64,000 bases of DNA, taken from NCBI GenBank assembly GCA_964016885.1, contig OZ024740.1, forward strand, positions 285,510,001-285,574,000, in the 5' to 3' direction. Of the stretch, positions 1-11,512 are shown piece after piece; the stretch's first letter is position 1; every line of letters begins with the position of its first letter. This stretch comes from Eledone cirrhosa (Eukaryota). The notes below the pieces were generated by a model. The model was not told the DNA's origin. It made no database searches and saw only the letters and a program-made list of their open reading frames with translations. The position numbers were made by a program, and so were the translations under genes.

Positions 1-618
1 GCAACCTTTTAATGAGCGCGTCTGTTTTCTGTATCAGGAGTACTTCAGCTATACCATTTACGTGGTTTTGTCTTTGCGTGCAATTGTTCTCCCCGATCCA
101 CACATGACGTATTATCTTCGTTTTTTCCGTTCATTGCCAGAGAACGTCTCCACGATCTTTTATACCATAAACGTGGTTTTGTCTTTGCGTGTAATTGCTT
201 TTCACTGCTCCAAATAATTGTTTCTACTTTTGGCACAAGGCCAGCAATTACCCAGTGTATTACTGGTACTTTATTTTACCGACCCCGTAAGGATGAAAGG
301 CAAAGTTAACCTCGGCTCCAAATAATGACGTATTATATTAGTTTTTTTTCCGTTCTTTGCCAGGGAACGTTTCCACGAACCAAAGTATCGTCTTCCTGTC
401 TTCCTCCGGTTGCAACGTTTTTTGAAATATTTACTTCTGCGTTCACAGATTGACTTTGTTAGTTTCAGAAGATCCTGTTAAGGGTGAAAGCAGCGATTCT
501 TTGCTTAAACTTTAATCTGTTATTTTAATAAATATTTGCTCTACGGTTCTTATATATTTGATATATATTTATCCTTATCGAACCCTCTTTGGATTTTAGT
601 CTTCAAATTTATTATTAT

Positions 619-620
<2 letters not shown>
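1..620. mobile_element. Non-coding interspersed repeat (same family as 13185-13970) with a nested SINE fragment at ~213-316
   Basis: ~320-620 is near-identical to ~13670-13970. It has internal imperfect subrepeats (AccATwwACGTGGTTTTGTCTTTGCGTG) and ends in (TA)n. The SINE piece is flanked by a repeated GCTCCAAATAAT. Confidence 0.75.
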
Positions 621-682
<62 letters not shown>

Positions 683-1159
683 TAGAGAGGAGAGGAAAGG
701 GAGAAAGAGTTCTGATTTTGAATTCTGTCGAGGTAAATTCTTTAGGAACAGATGATACGTATGAGTAAGAAGTAACACTCCAACTAACGGAGTTCCGTTT
801 AACCCATGGAGAAACGGATGTAATATAATGTTGATGATGATGCGGTATTTTCATCTTTACTCATTGACGACACTCATAATTCCTTTCCCCTGTCCTATAT
901 ATTGTTTCTAGTCAAACCAATTTACTATATGAATATGCTCTGCTGAAAAGATCTGAAATTGTAACATGTTCATTGTGGTATGAAGACAATATTCACCCCT
1001 ACATTGTGCAAGAAAATTGGATTAGCTCAGAGTATAGTGCTTTTCAGAACTTGAGCCCTTCTCCAACTTAGGAGGGAGTTAAGGTCTTGAAACTGCGACG
1101 ATTGGATATATTTTCCACGCGCCATACTTAGAATTTAAGAATCTGCTTGTATATACTAA

Positions 1160-1352
1160 CCATATATATTCGAATATAAGCCAACCCTATTTTATGACTG
1201 AGAACTGGGCATAAATCCAAACCCTGTTTATAAGTTGAGGCAGCTAATCAACATATTGTTTAGATGTTGTGTATATATACCCCGACCCCCACCCCATTTT
1301 ACCATCGATTTTTTGGACACATATTCCTCGGATTATATTCGAGTATATACGG
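1160..1352. mobile_element. Tc1/mariner-type MITE
   Basis: Imperfect TIRs CCATATATATTCGAATATAAGCC / GGATTATATTCGAGTATATACGG, followed by TA. Confidence 0.6.
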
Positions 1353-1734
1353 TATATCAGTTGTAGCATTTTACTGGTACTTGTTTTATCACACTCAAAA
1401 GGACGAAAGACAAAGTTGATCCTGGTAGGATTTGAACTCGGGATATAAAAAATATAACTAAACCCTTTCGTGATTATATTTCAATTAGTTGATGAAGAAT
1501 TTTGAGGATTTAATAAAATTATGAATTATTTATTACTATGATGGTAACTTAACATATATTCGTTATATAAAATTATGTTGGATGTTCCAACATAATTTTT
1601 TTAAAAAATAGGAACCCTTAAAATTGGTTGGATTTGTTTCAAAGAACCAGAGTCAGTTTCGGCTGGGTTAGCATCAAAAGGATTAAACACAATAAGGAAT
1701 GTTCTACCCATCCATCCATAATAGCAACATCAAT

Positions 1735-2578
1735 TTGTCATCTTTATTTTGAGAGGAAAAACCCAGTGCCCTCCCACAACATGCTCCCCCCACAACACTA
1801 ATATCAAGAAGTCTTCTTGTGAACGTGATCTGGGCATTACTGTCAGCAGCGATTTGCGTTGGACAAAGCATATCTCTAAAATTGTCAAGAAGGCCGAGGG
1901 TGTTTTGGCATCACTCAGCAAGACCTTGGTCAGCCGCTCTCCAGATATCTATTTAAAGCTGTATATAGCTAAAGTACGGCCACACTTAGAATTTGCATCA
2001 CCAGTCTGGAACCCCTATCTTGCTCAGAATATTGACCTCCTGGAAACTGTTCAGAGACGTGCAATCAAGCGAATACCCTCCATCAGGCATCTACCGTACT
2101 CTGAACGCCTTGCTTCCCTGGTCATAGATACATTGAAGCTCCGACGTCTGGCAACTGACTTGGTAAACACCCACAAAGTTATTAACCATCTTGCCAACAA
2201 CAACTATGAGAAACCTTTTTGATTTCCATGTGTCTAACACACGTGGGCATGCCTACAAAGTCAGAAAACAGCACAGCTCCCATGGCTTTCAGATACATTT
2301 TTTCTCGCTCAGAGTTGCTGAAGCATGGAACAAACTACCTGCATCAGTTGTTAGCTGTCGAGACACTGCATCCTTTAAAACATCCATGCTTCCTGAAATT
2401 CGCCAACACTACACCTAATATTCCCCCTCCATACATACGCACACATGTATATCAAGACTCATACACTGTTCACTTTCCTGGCATTTGTACATTATTCTAT
2501 GTACTATACATGCACCTTTGATGAGTAGCAGTGCACCTGAGCACTGTACACAATAATGTCATTATTATTATTATTATT
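1735..2578 (+). mobile_element. 5'-truncated CR1/L2-group LINE (C-terminal part of ORF2, frameshifted)
   Basis: ORFs 1749-2222 and 2191-2418 carry ERDLGITVSSDL, VRPHLEFASPVWNP, LETVQRRA, TRGHAYK and FFSLRVAEAWNKLP. The element ends in an (ATT)n tail. Confidence 0.85.
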
Positions 2579-2579
2579 G

Positions 2580-3320
2580 GTTGATAAAATAAAGTACCAG
2601 TAATACACTGGGATAATTGCTGGCGTTGTGCCAAAAGTAGAAACAATTATTATTATTATTGGCAGTATCGGTAGAGGGTCGGACGCCCTCCTTTGCAGCA
2701 TAGAGTTACGCCCTTAACGGTCTGAGTTCAAATCCCGCTGAGGTTAAATTTGCCTTTCATCCTTACGGTGTCAATAAAATAAAGTACCTGTAAGGTATTG
2801 GGGTCGATTTAATCGACTTTCCCCTCCCCCAAAATTGCTGGCTGTGTGCCGCCTATAGTAGAAACCATTGTTATAACGGGAAATTCTAAATAGTTACAAA
2901 TAATTGTTTCTACATTTGGCACAAGGCCAGCAATTACCTCAGTATATTACTGGTGCTTTATTTTATCGATCCCATAATGATGAAAGGCAAAGTTAACCTT
3001 AGCGGGATTTGAACTCAGATGATAAAGGGCTATAACTCTATGCTGCAAAGCATGGTGTCTGACGCTCTACCGGTACTGCCAATCCACTGTCGTTAGTTAC
3101 AAATAATAATGATTTCTACAATAGGCACAAGGCCAGCAATTTGGCGGAGGGGAAAGTCAATTAAATCGACCCCAGTTCATTACTGGTACTTTATTTTAAC
3201 GACCCCGTAAGGATGAAAGGCAAAGCTAACCTCGGCGGGATTTGGATGTAAAGGGCCGTAACTCTATGCCGCTAAGCTTGTTGTCCGACGCTCTACCGAT
3301 TCTGCCAGCCCATCGCGCTC
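2580..3320. mobile_element. Cluster of tRNA-derived SINE copies (family A), both orientations
   Basis: B-box GAGTTCAAATCC and a shared body CTTTGCCTTTCATCCTTACGGGGTCGATAAAATAAAGTACCAG. TAGTTACAAATAAT is repeated around the ~2900-3090 copy. Confidence 0.85.
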
Positions 3321-3357
3321 TCTTTAATAATATAACAACAGGAAATTCTCGTCCATT

Positions 3358-5388
3358 TCATGAGTCTTGCGTATTTGCGCCATCTATGTTCTTGGGTGTC
3401 GTTTTCGCGATCTGAATTTTCGTCCTTTCGAGTCTAAGAGTGTCCCCGCTTCGATCTGGAGACGAAGTCCGAAGTCGGGCTCGTCTTTCTCCGTCGACTT
3501 GTTGCAGTCTCTCGTATTCGTCTAAAATATGGACAAGGTTTTCGTCAGATGAATTGCTATCTTCATTTACGAGATGCGAAAAGCAATGTTCGTAGAAAAG
3601 TACATTCCAAATGAAAGGATTTAATTTTTTTTTTACGTATCTTAAGAATGGTGATGCGGTATTAAAATTAAATTCAGTGTAACGTGTTAAGAATGCAATT
3701 TTCTCTGACAACGGCGCATTTTGGTCAAACTTGTTAGACGTTATGATAAGTGGTGTTCTATGTACGACCTGATCTTGCTTAAACTTGATGGCGACCTCAG
3801 TGTCGACACCCTCAGCTAACTTTTTAAACGTCTGCAGAGTTTCGAGCGTAAAGTTCGGTTCTTCGATTAGTCCAATCTCTACATTTACCAAGTTCTGAAA
3901 TGGGAAACTACTTGTTCCCTGTATGGTTGACACATGCGTAAACATATCTGCTATGCTACGCGCTACCATAGACTTCCCTGTATTTGGTAAACCTCTTAGC
4001 ACAAGCTTTCGTTTAGGTTTGCGTTGTGTCAGTAATTCCCATACTGTGCATACGAAAGTGCTTTCTGGTATGTCCTGAGTAAGCATTATAGACTTAATGA
4101 TTTTCAAAGAGACGGAGGCACATGGCTGGATGGAGGCACATGGCTTAGTGGTTAGAGCATTGGCCTTGCAATCGAAAGGTTGTGAGTTCAATTCTCAGAC
4201 CGGGTGATGTGTTGTTTCCTTGAGCAAGACACTTTATTTCACATTGCTCCAGTTTACTCAGTTGTAGAAATGAGATGATAGGGACTGGGGTCCATATCAT
4301 TCCACTGCAAAGTGGTCGTGGAGGTGCCACGGCAAAAAAGCACCCAGCACTCACTGTAAATGAGGTTGGTGTTAGGAAGGGCATCCAGCTGTAGAAATCA
4401 AGCCGGAATCAGTTCCCGTCCCACCCTTGCAAGCAGGGAAAAAGCGGACGTAAAATGAAATGATGATGATGATGATGACGTCTCTATCAATGTATTGTTT
4501 TTCACCGTCGAAAAGTTCCCAATTCATTGACTCAAACTTGTCTTTGAACGACATGTTTAAGGTTTTTAACTTCTCACATTCAAGCACTTTCTTCATGACA
4601 CTATCGTACATTGGGTGAGAGATTGCGCGCATGAAATTATCGTTATTGGTTCTGTGTAACCAGTGCGACTTCATGTCCTGCTCCGTCCTGAACTTTTTTG
4701 ATGTAAATATATAAGTAAGATAATTGAACAACGTTAATGTTGTTCCGGACTTAGATTTGAAAGTAGGTTCTTCCTGAGGTACATTGTTGTTTCTGCTTGT
4801 TGAAGGTTTTGGTGATAGTTCAGGTTTAGCTTTATGTTCAATTTGACACCATTCTGAGAAAGATTCATTTATGTCGTCTATTCTGAGTATTAGTTTGTAA
4901 CGCGGTGGCTGACAAAAGTAGTTAGCCATGCTGCTTGGGAACTTTATTCTCTGGCACTCTGGTATGAATCTTCCTAATTTGGTAGCCTTCTTGTAAAGAC
5001 TTCTTATGTATTTAAGCCTCTGATTTTCACCAGGCCTCTGCGTACTGTGCCATATAATGTGGAAATGGTTAAACGCATTCCACTCCTTTTTGGCGCATAG
5101 TGAATTGTTCTTCGGATGATAGATAACCGTCGCTCCTTGAACCTGTACGAATTCTTTCATTTTGTAATTTGCATTGATTTGAAATGAGTCCTTTTGAGTT
5201 TCATCTTCTTGATATCTTGATACGTTAAGTTCATAGTGTTTGATCGGCACTCTTCCTTCATCCCAGAAAAAATCATCGCTCTCTATCCATGGGTAAACGC
5301 ACATATATAGCTTTTGCCCAGTGTTCTGAAATGGTAAATGGTTACATTGTAATATTACTTTAACGATGCGCTTGTCTGGTTTTACCAA
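3358..5388 (-). pseudogene. NS1: Endogenous parvovirus-like NS1/Rep (HUH endonuclease + SF3 helicase), interrupted by a SINE
   Basis: The N-part (ORF 4372-5388) has HUH motif HFHIIW and a downstream YFCQPPRYK. The C-part (ORF 3358-4191) has Walker A GLPNTGKS, Walker B IGLIEEP, B' FKKLAEG...VAIKFK and motif C PLIITSN. Both parts are in the same frame. Removing 4114-4479 joins YIDRD|VSLKII into ~554 codons from TTG 5388 (first in-frame ATG at 5304). Confidence 0.92.
4114..4479 (+). mobile_element. tRNA-derived SINE (family B, CORE-like central domain, (ATG)n tail) inserted in NS1
   Basis: A-box TGGCTTAGTGG, B-box GAGTTCAATTC, central TTCCTTGAGCAAGACACTTT and a (TGA)n tail. The first ~14 nt of the 5' end are duplicated. 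GAC is duplicated at 4111-4113 and 4477-4479. Confidence 0.85.
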
Positions 5389-6157
5389 CTCTCGTTATTT
5401 CATAATTACGTAAACCTTGTGGCCATTTGCAAAGGTTAGTTTTAGCAGAATTCATAATTGTTGCGTTCGCTGTTCCCCATGCCATCCATCCCATCGTTTG
5501 TGGACTGCCGGATATGTATTCGAAATCTACTTCTGAATGGTACGTAATTGTTATCATGAATGATATTTTCGAAGGATTATTTTGTGAATCTAATATAGGT
5601 ACTGAATCTAACGTAGCTATCGGTGGTGGATTTGATGGATTTACTGGAAATTGTGTTAAATGTGATCTACCCGTATTTTCTTCTTCCTCTGTTTTATCTA
5701 CCGCTAAATCTTTGCTCCACGTCCCGTCTCTAGTTGGTGCCCATTGCGATTTTTTAGCTCCTGAATATGTATTTATCTCACAGGGTAAACCGTTAGTTAA
5801 TTTAATTGTTGGTTGTTCGTAAGTTGTATTGAATGCATAGTATCCCATCATTGAAAACCAACTAGGTGTTCGGTTAACCCATGTGTATGCTGCTGTATCT
5901 CCTGCGTATAGGAATTGGAAGTCCCCTGTATTTAAGTATGATAGTATTTCCTCTGCTGGTATTTCTTGTCCGTTAGCTGTTGCTGCGTTTGTATCCTGCC
6001 ATAACCATCTTTTCTAATTAATCTATTGCTTTCTATATTTGCTAATTTCCCCCTCGTCTCTAGTTAACGGTATGTTATGTGTCCAGTTGTTATTTAAATG
6101 TGCTATATTCCAAGTTTGATTTGGAAACAATGCGTGGCGATATCCGATTTTAGCGGC
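5360..6157 (-). pseudogene. Parvovirus-like capsid (VP) gene, C-terminal portion, with two in-frame stops
   Basis: ORF 5360-5851 extends upstream in frame to ~6157 (my translation: ...YRHALFPNQTWNIAHL...KQ*IN*KRWLWQD...YLNTGDFQFLYAGDTAAYTWVNR...). FLYAGDT resembles the parvoviral L(R)TGD capsid motif. It is T/N/G-rich, has NPPPIATLDSVPI...FMITITYHSEVDFE beta-strand-like segments, and is adjacent to NS1. Confidence 0.7.
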
Positions 6158-6509
6158 CTAAATGCCGCTTACTTGCTGTAGTTGCTGCTTACTTCAATGT
6201 ATGAGGCTATTCCAACAAATTTACATTCCCCCTTTTTTAGCCGTTAAAAGAAATATAGATTTATTTATTGTTTTTTTTTGCGATTTATTTGCCACTGGGG
6301 CATAGATTTCTTTATTTGCCCCTTTTTTGTTTGTTTATTTGTTTTTTTTTTTGCGATTTATTAGCCTTTTGGGGTCACACACACCCCCGTAGAAAGTGTG
6401 CGACCTTTCTGCCAGGGAGCACAGAGAGAGTGGGGCGCTCCCTTCTTCTCTTACCTGTACAAGCCGATATAGAGAGATGGCCCACTTACACGGACCATTA
6501 TTGCTACTT

Positions 6510-6911
6510 TCATCCATCTTTCATGGAATTGGCTGGGACTGAGTGCCTTTTTCTCCACCTTCTTCTTTCGAAGTGGTATCGGAAGAAGAGGACCATTTGT
6601 TGGCCGGCGACATATCCCCACAGTTTCTTCGTTGCAAACGCATCTGGGACATTTCTTTTCCAAGGGGTTTCCGTCCCGGAATCCGTGTCTGTAGAGCCTT
6701 TCCCGAACGGGCAGGGCCCCTCGGTATAATAGTAAGTATTAGTGGTTGTAATAAAAATGCAATCAAAATGTAATAAATACCTGATTTCTTTCCTTATATT
6801 ATCAACAGAAGTTGGTATGTCACCCAAAGTTCGCGTTGTATGTTCCCGAATAGCAGTGAATTTTGATAAAACTGTTTCTAATTCCTTCTCCACAGTAAGA
6901 CAAATATCCAT
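6510..6911 (-). CDS. Orphan 133-aa ORF upstream of the viral cassette, possibly viral
   Basis: ATG-initiated and co-oriented with VP/NS1, in sequence with no repeat match inside the window. No family recognised. Confidence 0.2.
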   Translation of the reverse strand: MDICLTVEKELETVLSKFTAIREHTTRTLGDIPTSVDNIRKEIRYLLHFDCIFITTTNTYYYTEGPCPFGKGSTDTDSGTETPWKRNVPDAFATKKLWGYVAGQQMVLFFRYHFERRRWRKRHSVPANSMKDG

Positions 6912-7079
6912 GTGTAGTCCAAAAAGATATAAATCTTTAAAAAAATTATAATAATTCTTTATTATTATTTTCTTTTTCTGTAAATAATTATTTTTCTATA
7001 TATCTCAAACTCTGCCAAACACCACATCTGTCCATCTGTAAATTTAAATGACTGTTCTTTCATACTTATCCTCTTCAAC

Positions 7080-7792
7080 TACTTTATTTTATCGACCCCG
7101 TAAGGATGAAAGGCAAAGTTAACCTCGTCGGCGGGATTTGAACTCAGATCATATAGGGCCGTAACTCTATGCGTCAAAGCATGGCGTCCGACCATCTACC
7201 GATACTGCCAATCCAATGGTTTCTCATTTAGGCACAAGGCCAACAATTTGGGGGAAGGGAAAAGTCGATTAAATCGACCACAGTACGTAACTGGTACTTT
7301 ATTTTATCGACCCCGTATGGATGAAAGGTAAAGCTAACCGCGGCAGAATTTGAACTCAGAACGTAAAGGGTCGTAACTCTATGCTGAGAAGCATAGTGTT
7401 CGACGTTCTACTGGTACTACCCATCCACCGCTTTTTCATTACTTATCCAGATGTCTTGTTGAAAAGGAATCATGAGTAGTTAAAGATTTTCACGTGATAA
7501 ACTATCCAAATAAAACATTGTGTAAGTTGACCAAGTGTAGATGTATATAATACCAGTTGTAATTTTCACTTGTAAATGTCCATGTATTAAAGAGTTTAGT
7601 ATTCTTGTTCACATTGGTATGAATGAATATAATTATTTATCTTGGCATAACAGCACAGAATTACGGCCTTTTACGATCTGAGTTCAAATCCCGCCGAGGT
7701 TAACTTTGCCTTTCAACCTTACGCGGTCGATAAAATAAAGTACCAGTAATGCACTGGAATAATTGCTGGCCTTGTGCACAAAATAGAAACAA
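7080..7792. mobile_element. Three SINE family A copies (7080-7215 -, 7220-7430 -, ~7640-7792 +)
   Basis: Same B-box and body as the copies at 2580-3320. Confidence 0.85.
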
Positions 7793-8477
7793 TCATTTAT
7801 CTTGGCTGAAACAAAAAGGAACTGAAAAAAAAAACTGCTATAAAAAATAATTTATCATTGTTTTGATATAAATATATAAATGTATTTATTCACAATAATA
7901 AAGGCAATGATAGAATTACCGAATCTTTTGAAGTGACAGCTAGAGTCAAACAAATTTATATCATTGCTCCAGTCCTGTTTGTTGTTTTCTTATCTGTAAT
8001 ATCTTATAGGATAGTAGTTGTTTCTTTAACAAAGTACATATTTCACATGGAACAGATTGGAGATTGGCGACTATTCTAAATAGGATTACTTATCACTGCT
8101 CGACAAATGGGTGGTTACTGACTGCTCCTGTAGATTCAGAATGATGAGCAGAAGTAGTCTCTCTTGTTTTATCATTAGTCTTATCATTTAAGAGTTTCAA
8201 TAAAGTTACAATAAAGGTAAAGGTTTACGGGACAAATAATATGGAGAAAAAGAGAGTTGAGTGAGTACATGTGTGCATTAGTTAGATGTATGCATACGCT
8301 ACACTCCTTTCATATAAACTAAAACTTTCTCATTACATTCAAACCCACAACATACCAATCGGCTCTAAAAGAAAAAAAAAATTAACTATTTAAAAAATGA
8401 CTCCACTCTTTTGTAAACTCACCTTATTCAATACTCTCCCGCTTTCTTCGCTTCCTCCCTTTTCAATATAAACATAT

Positions 8478-8928
8478 GGCATAGGTCAAAACGGCCGGTC
8501 TCAAAAGTGAAACTAATTTTTGACAGTTACGTACACGTTATAAGAGTTATTTAAATTTATATATATAAAATAAAGGAGCAAATAAGAGCATGATATCAAG
8601 TCAGTCATGTGTGTGTGTGTAAACGAATGTAAAAGTACACACACATATACACTTATATATGCACACATACACACTATAATATATACACGTGTGTGTGTAT
8701 ATATGTGTGTGTGTAAAATTCTAGGAAACATTATCTATGCCCTACATATATTCTTTTACATTCGTTTACACACACACACATATATATACACACACACATG
8801 ACTGACTTCATATCATGCTCTTATTTGCTCCTTTATTTTATATATATAAATTTAAATAACTCTTATAACGTGTACGTAACTGTCAAAAATTAGTTTCACT
8901 TTTGAGACCGGCCGTTTTGACGTATGCC
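8478..8928. repeat. Long inverted repeat (~140-bp arms) around a (TG)/(CA)-rich spacer; MITE/foldback-like
   Basis: 8478-8620 is almost the exact reverse complement of ~8787-8928. Confidence 0.85.
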
Positions 8929-9024
8929 TAAACATATCTTTAAGAAAGAGCAAGGCTCTTGATGATTTCAAAAATACATGAAGCAAATATGTAACCATAT
9001 TTATAAACATATATATTAATTTTG

Positions 9025-9076
<52 letters not shown>

Positions 9077-9080
<4 letters not shown>

Positions 9081-11512
9081 ATAAAAAGGTAGGGAGCCAA
9101 TGTATCTCTCTGGAGCACTCCAGCCAGTATCTCAAAGAACTCTGTCATCCCATCAGGTGTAATGACTTGGGCTTTGGTGTTGGTGTAGAGCAGTGATATC
9201 AGGTCCACTATCCTCTTGGGGATTCCATAAGCCTGTAATATCTTCATCAGGCAGTAACGGTCCACAGAATCAAAGGCCTTCCTAAAGTCAATGAAAACCA
9301 TGACCGCAGGAAGGCACATTGCTCTAGCTCCCTCTAATATACTCCTCAGCATCAGGATGTGACTGGTGGTTGATCTACCCTCTCTGAAGCCGTTCTGGTT
9401 GTCCCTGAGCTTCTTCTCCATCTCAGGCTGGATCCTGTTAAGAATCATCCTGTTGAGGGTCTTTGCCACAAGTGACGTCAGTGAGATCCCCCGGTAGTTG
9501 TTGGTGTTAGAGAGATCTCCCTCCTTTGGCACTGGGACGATGTTACTGATCCTCCACTGATTCGGGGCAACTCCTTTCTCCAGTGCCCCGTTACAGAACC
9601 CCAGGATGATATCATCAAAATCACACCTCTTCATCACCTCTGATGCCACTCCATCTTCTCCATGAGCCTTGCCCTCCTTGATCTTCTTCTTGGCTCTCTG
9701 AAGCTCCTCTCTGGTGAAGGGCTCTGTCTCAACATCCAGTTCCTCAAACAGCCGCCTGATCTCCCCAGTGCTCTGGGCTGTGGAGGGTGGCTCTCCTAGT
9801 AGGGTCCTAAAATGGTCTAGCCATTTCCTATTCCTATCCTCGGGCCCCGTTCCCTGGATCTGACTCGAACACCTTCTCTTCCTCCCTGTGATCTCGCTGA
9901 TGATCATCCAGCTCTCCTTACATCCAGATCTGTCAACCGCTCTCTCCACACTTCTGATTTTCTCTATCAGTGCCTCCTCTCTGACCTCAGTGTAAGCGGT
10001 ACAGAGCTCTTCCCTCATCACCTCCACAGTCTCCATCCTCTCCTCCGTAGGATCAGCATAGAATTGGTCCCTGGCAGCTTTCATGTGTTCTCTGGCTGCA
10101 CACACTTTTGGATTTGCAGAGCTGACGTGCTTCCCTTTGTTATTTTTCCTCGGCACCAGGGTTTCACTTGCTTCCGCCACTGCATTGGTGAAGTGCCCGT
10201 ACCTTCTCGTCACACTCTCCTCAGTCCATCCAATCTCTCTCTCCTCTGACTCTCCACACAGAGCACTAAATCTGTTTCTCACCTCCACTGTGAACCTCTC
10301 CTGTAGCTTATCATCTTCCTTGAAAGCTCCCCAGTCATAGATTGTCCTCCGGGGCTGAGCCTTGCTCTTTCTTAAGCTCACGCGGACCTCACTCATAACA
10401 AGCCGGTGGTCACTACTCAGTGTACTGAAATAGCTGTATGGTTCCGTGTCCAGAACACTATTCCGCCACTTTTTCCTCACCAGAATGAAATCAATCTGGG
10501 ACTTGGACAGGTGCACATCTGAGATGTAGGTCCACATCTTCCCCATATTCTTCCTAAACCTTAGGCTGGTCGCCATCAAGTTCGCCTCCAGCAGGGTGTC
10601 TCTCAGTAGTCTTCCATTTCGGTTGGTGTTGTTATGGAAGTACCAGCAAGGATCTTCACTGCCCTCCTTACTCAGATGTGCATTGAAGTCCCCCAAAACA
10701 AGCAGGATATTGTGTGCCTGAGTGGTGTTGACAGCTCTACACACCTCCTCATGGATCTCTTCCGCATTCACATCACTGTCCCCATCGGTTGGACTATAGG
10801 CTGAGATGACTGTCAGTCTTGGGTTTCCATTGAAGGTCACCCTCAACACTTGCGGGGAGATAGGCATTATTTCCCTCACCAACAGACTGGTTTTTGCACT
10901 GAACACAAAACCCACTCCTCCTACTGCATCATTTGTTGTGTTCTTCACTGCCGATGTAGTGATGAGCTGGCTCTTCCTCCCGATCATCACACTCCTCACG
11001 GGCTCATCGTGTAGAATCCTGTGTTCTTGGATCGCAAGTATCTGTATACCACTCTCCTCGAACAGATGTCCCAACTCCTCTCTCTTCTCCAGCGTCCGAA
11101 TAGTCCTCACATTCAAAGTGCCCATTTTGATGGCTCTTATGCAGGACAAAACTGCATTCTTTATATTTGTCTCAGAGACAGCTGATCCATCATCCACTGG
11201 CCCTCTCTGTGGCTCTAAGCCAGCAGAGTCATAACGACCAGGCTGCTCCTTGACAGTGTAATTAGGGGCTCTAACCCTAGTGCTGTTAGATCGACTCTCC
11301 ATATTTCTTTTCAATGGCTGACAATACCTTACCGGCGCCACTCGAATAAGGTAGTTATTTAACCCATAAATGGAGCCCTAACAGGTACTACCATCCCGGG
11401 CCAGGGCAGACCTGGGAGTTATGACAACTAAGGGGTAACTCCACATTCCCCACATCTCCTGAACTCCCGAACTGGAGCCTTGCCACCGGATGTAGTTTAA
11501 TGTCATACTCAG
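9077..11512 (-). mobile_element. RTE-clade LINE, inverted 5' part (5'UTR, APE endonuclease, N-terminal RT)
   Basis: ORF 8852-11341 has MGTLNVRT, AIQEHR, LGDFNA, QIDFILV, SDHRLV, NYRGISL, QNGFR, FIDFRKAFDSV and GVLQRDTLAPYLF. It breaks into (TA)n before YADD. Confidence 0.93.

Noticed and set aside
5427-5822. Plus-strand ORF suggesting an ambisense viral gene
   Set aside because: It is the antisense shadow of the capsid-like frame, starts at TTG and has no recognisable motifs.
6700-6730. Second SF3 Walker A (GPCPFGK / GPARSGK)
   Set aside because: No Walker B or motif C follows. The pattern appears in two frames because of G and A runs.
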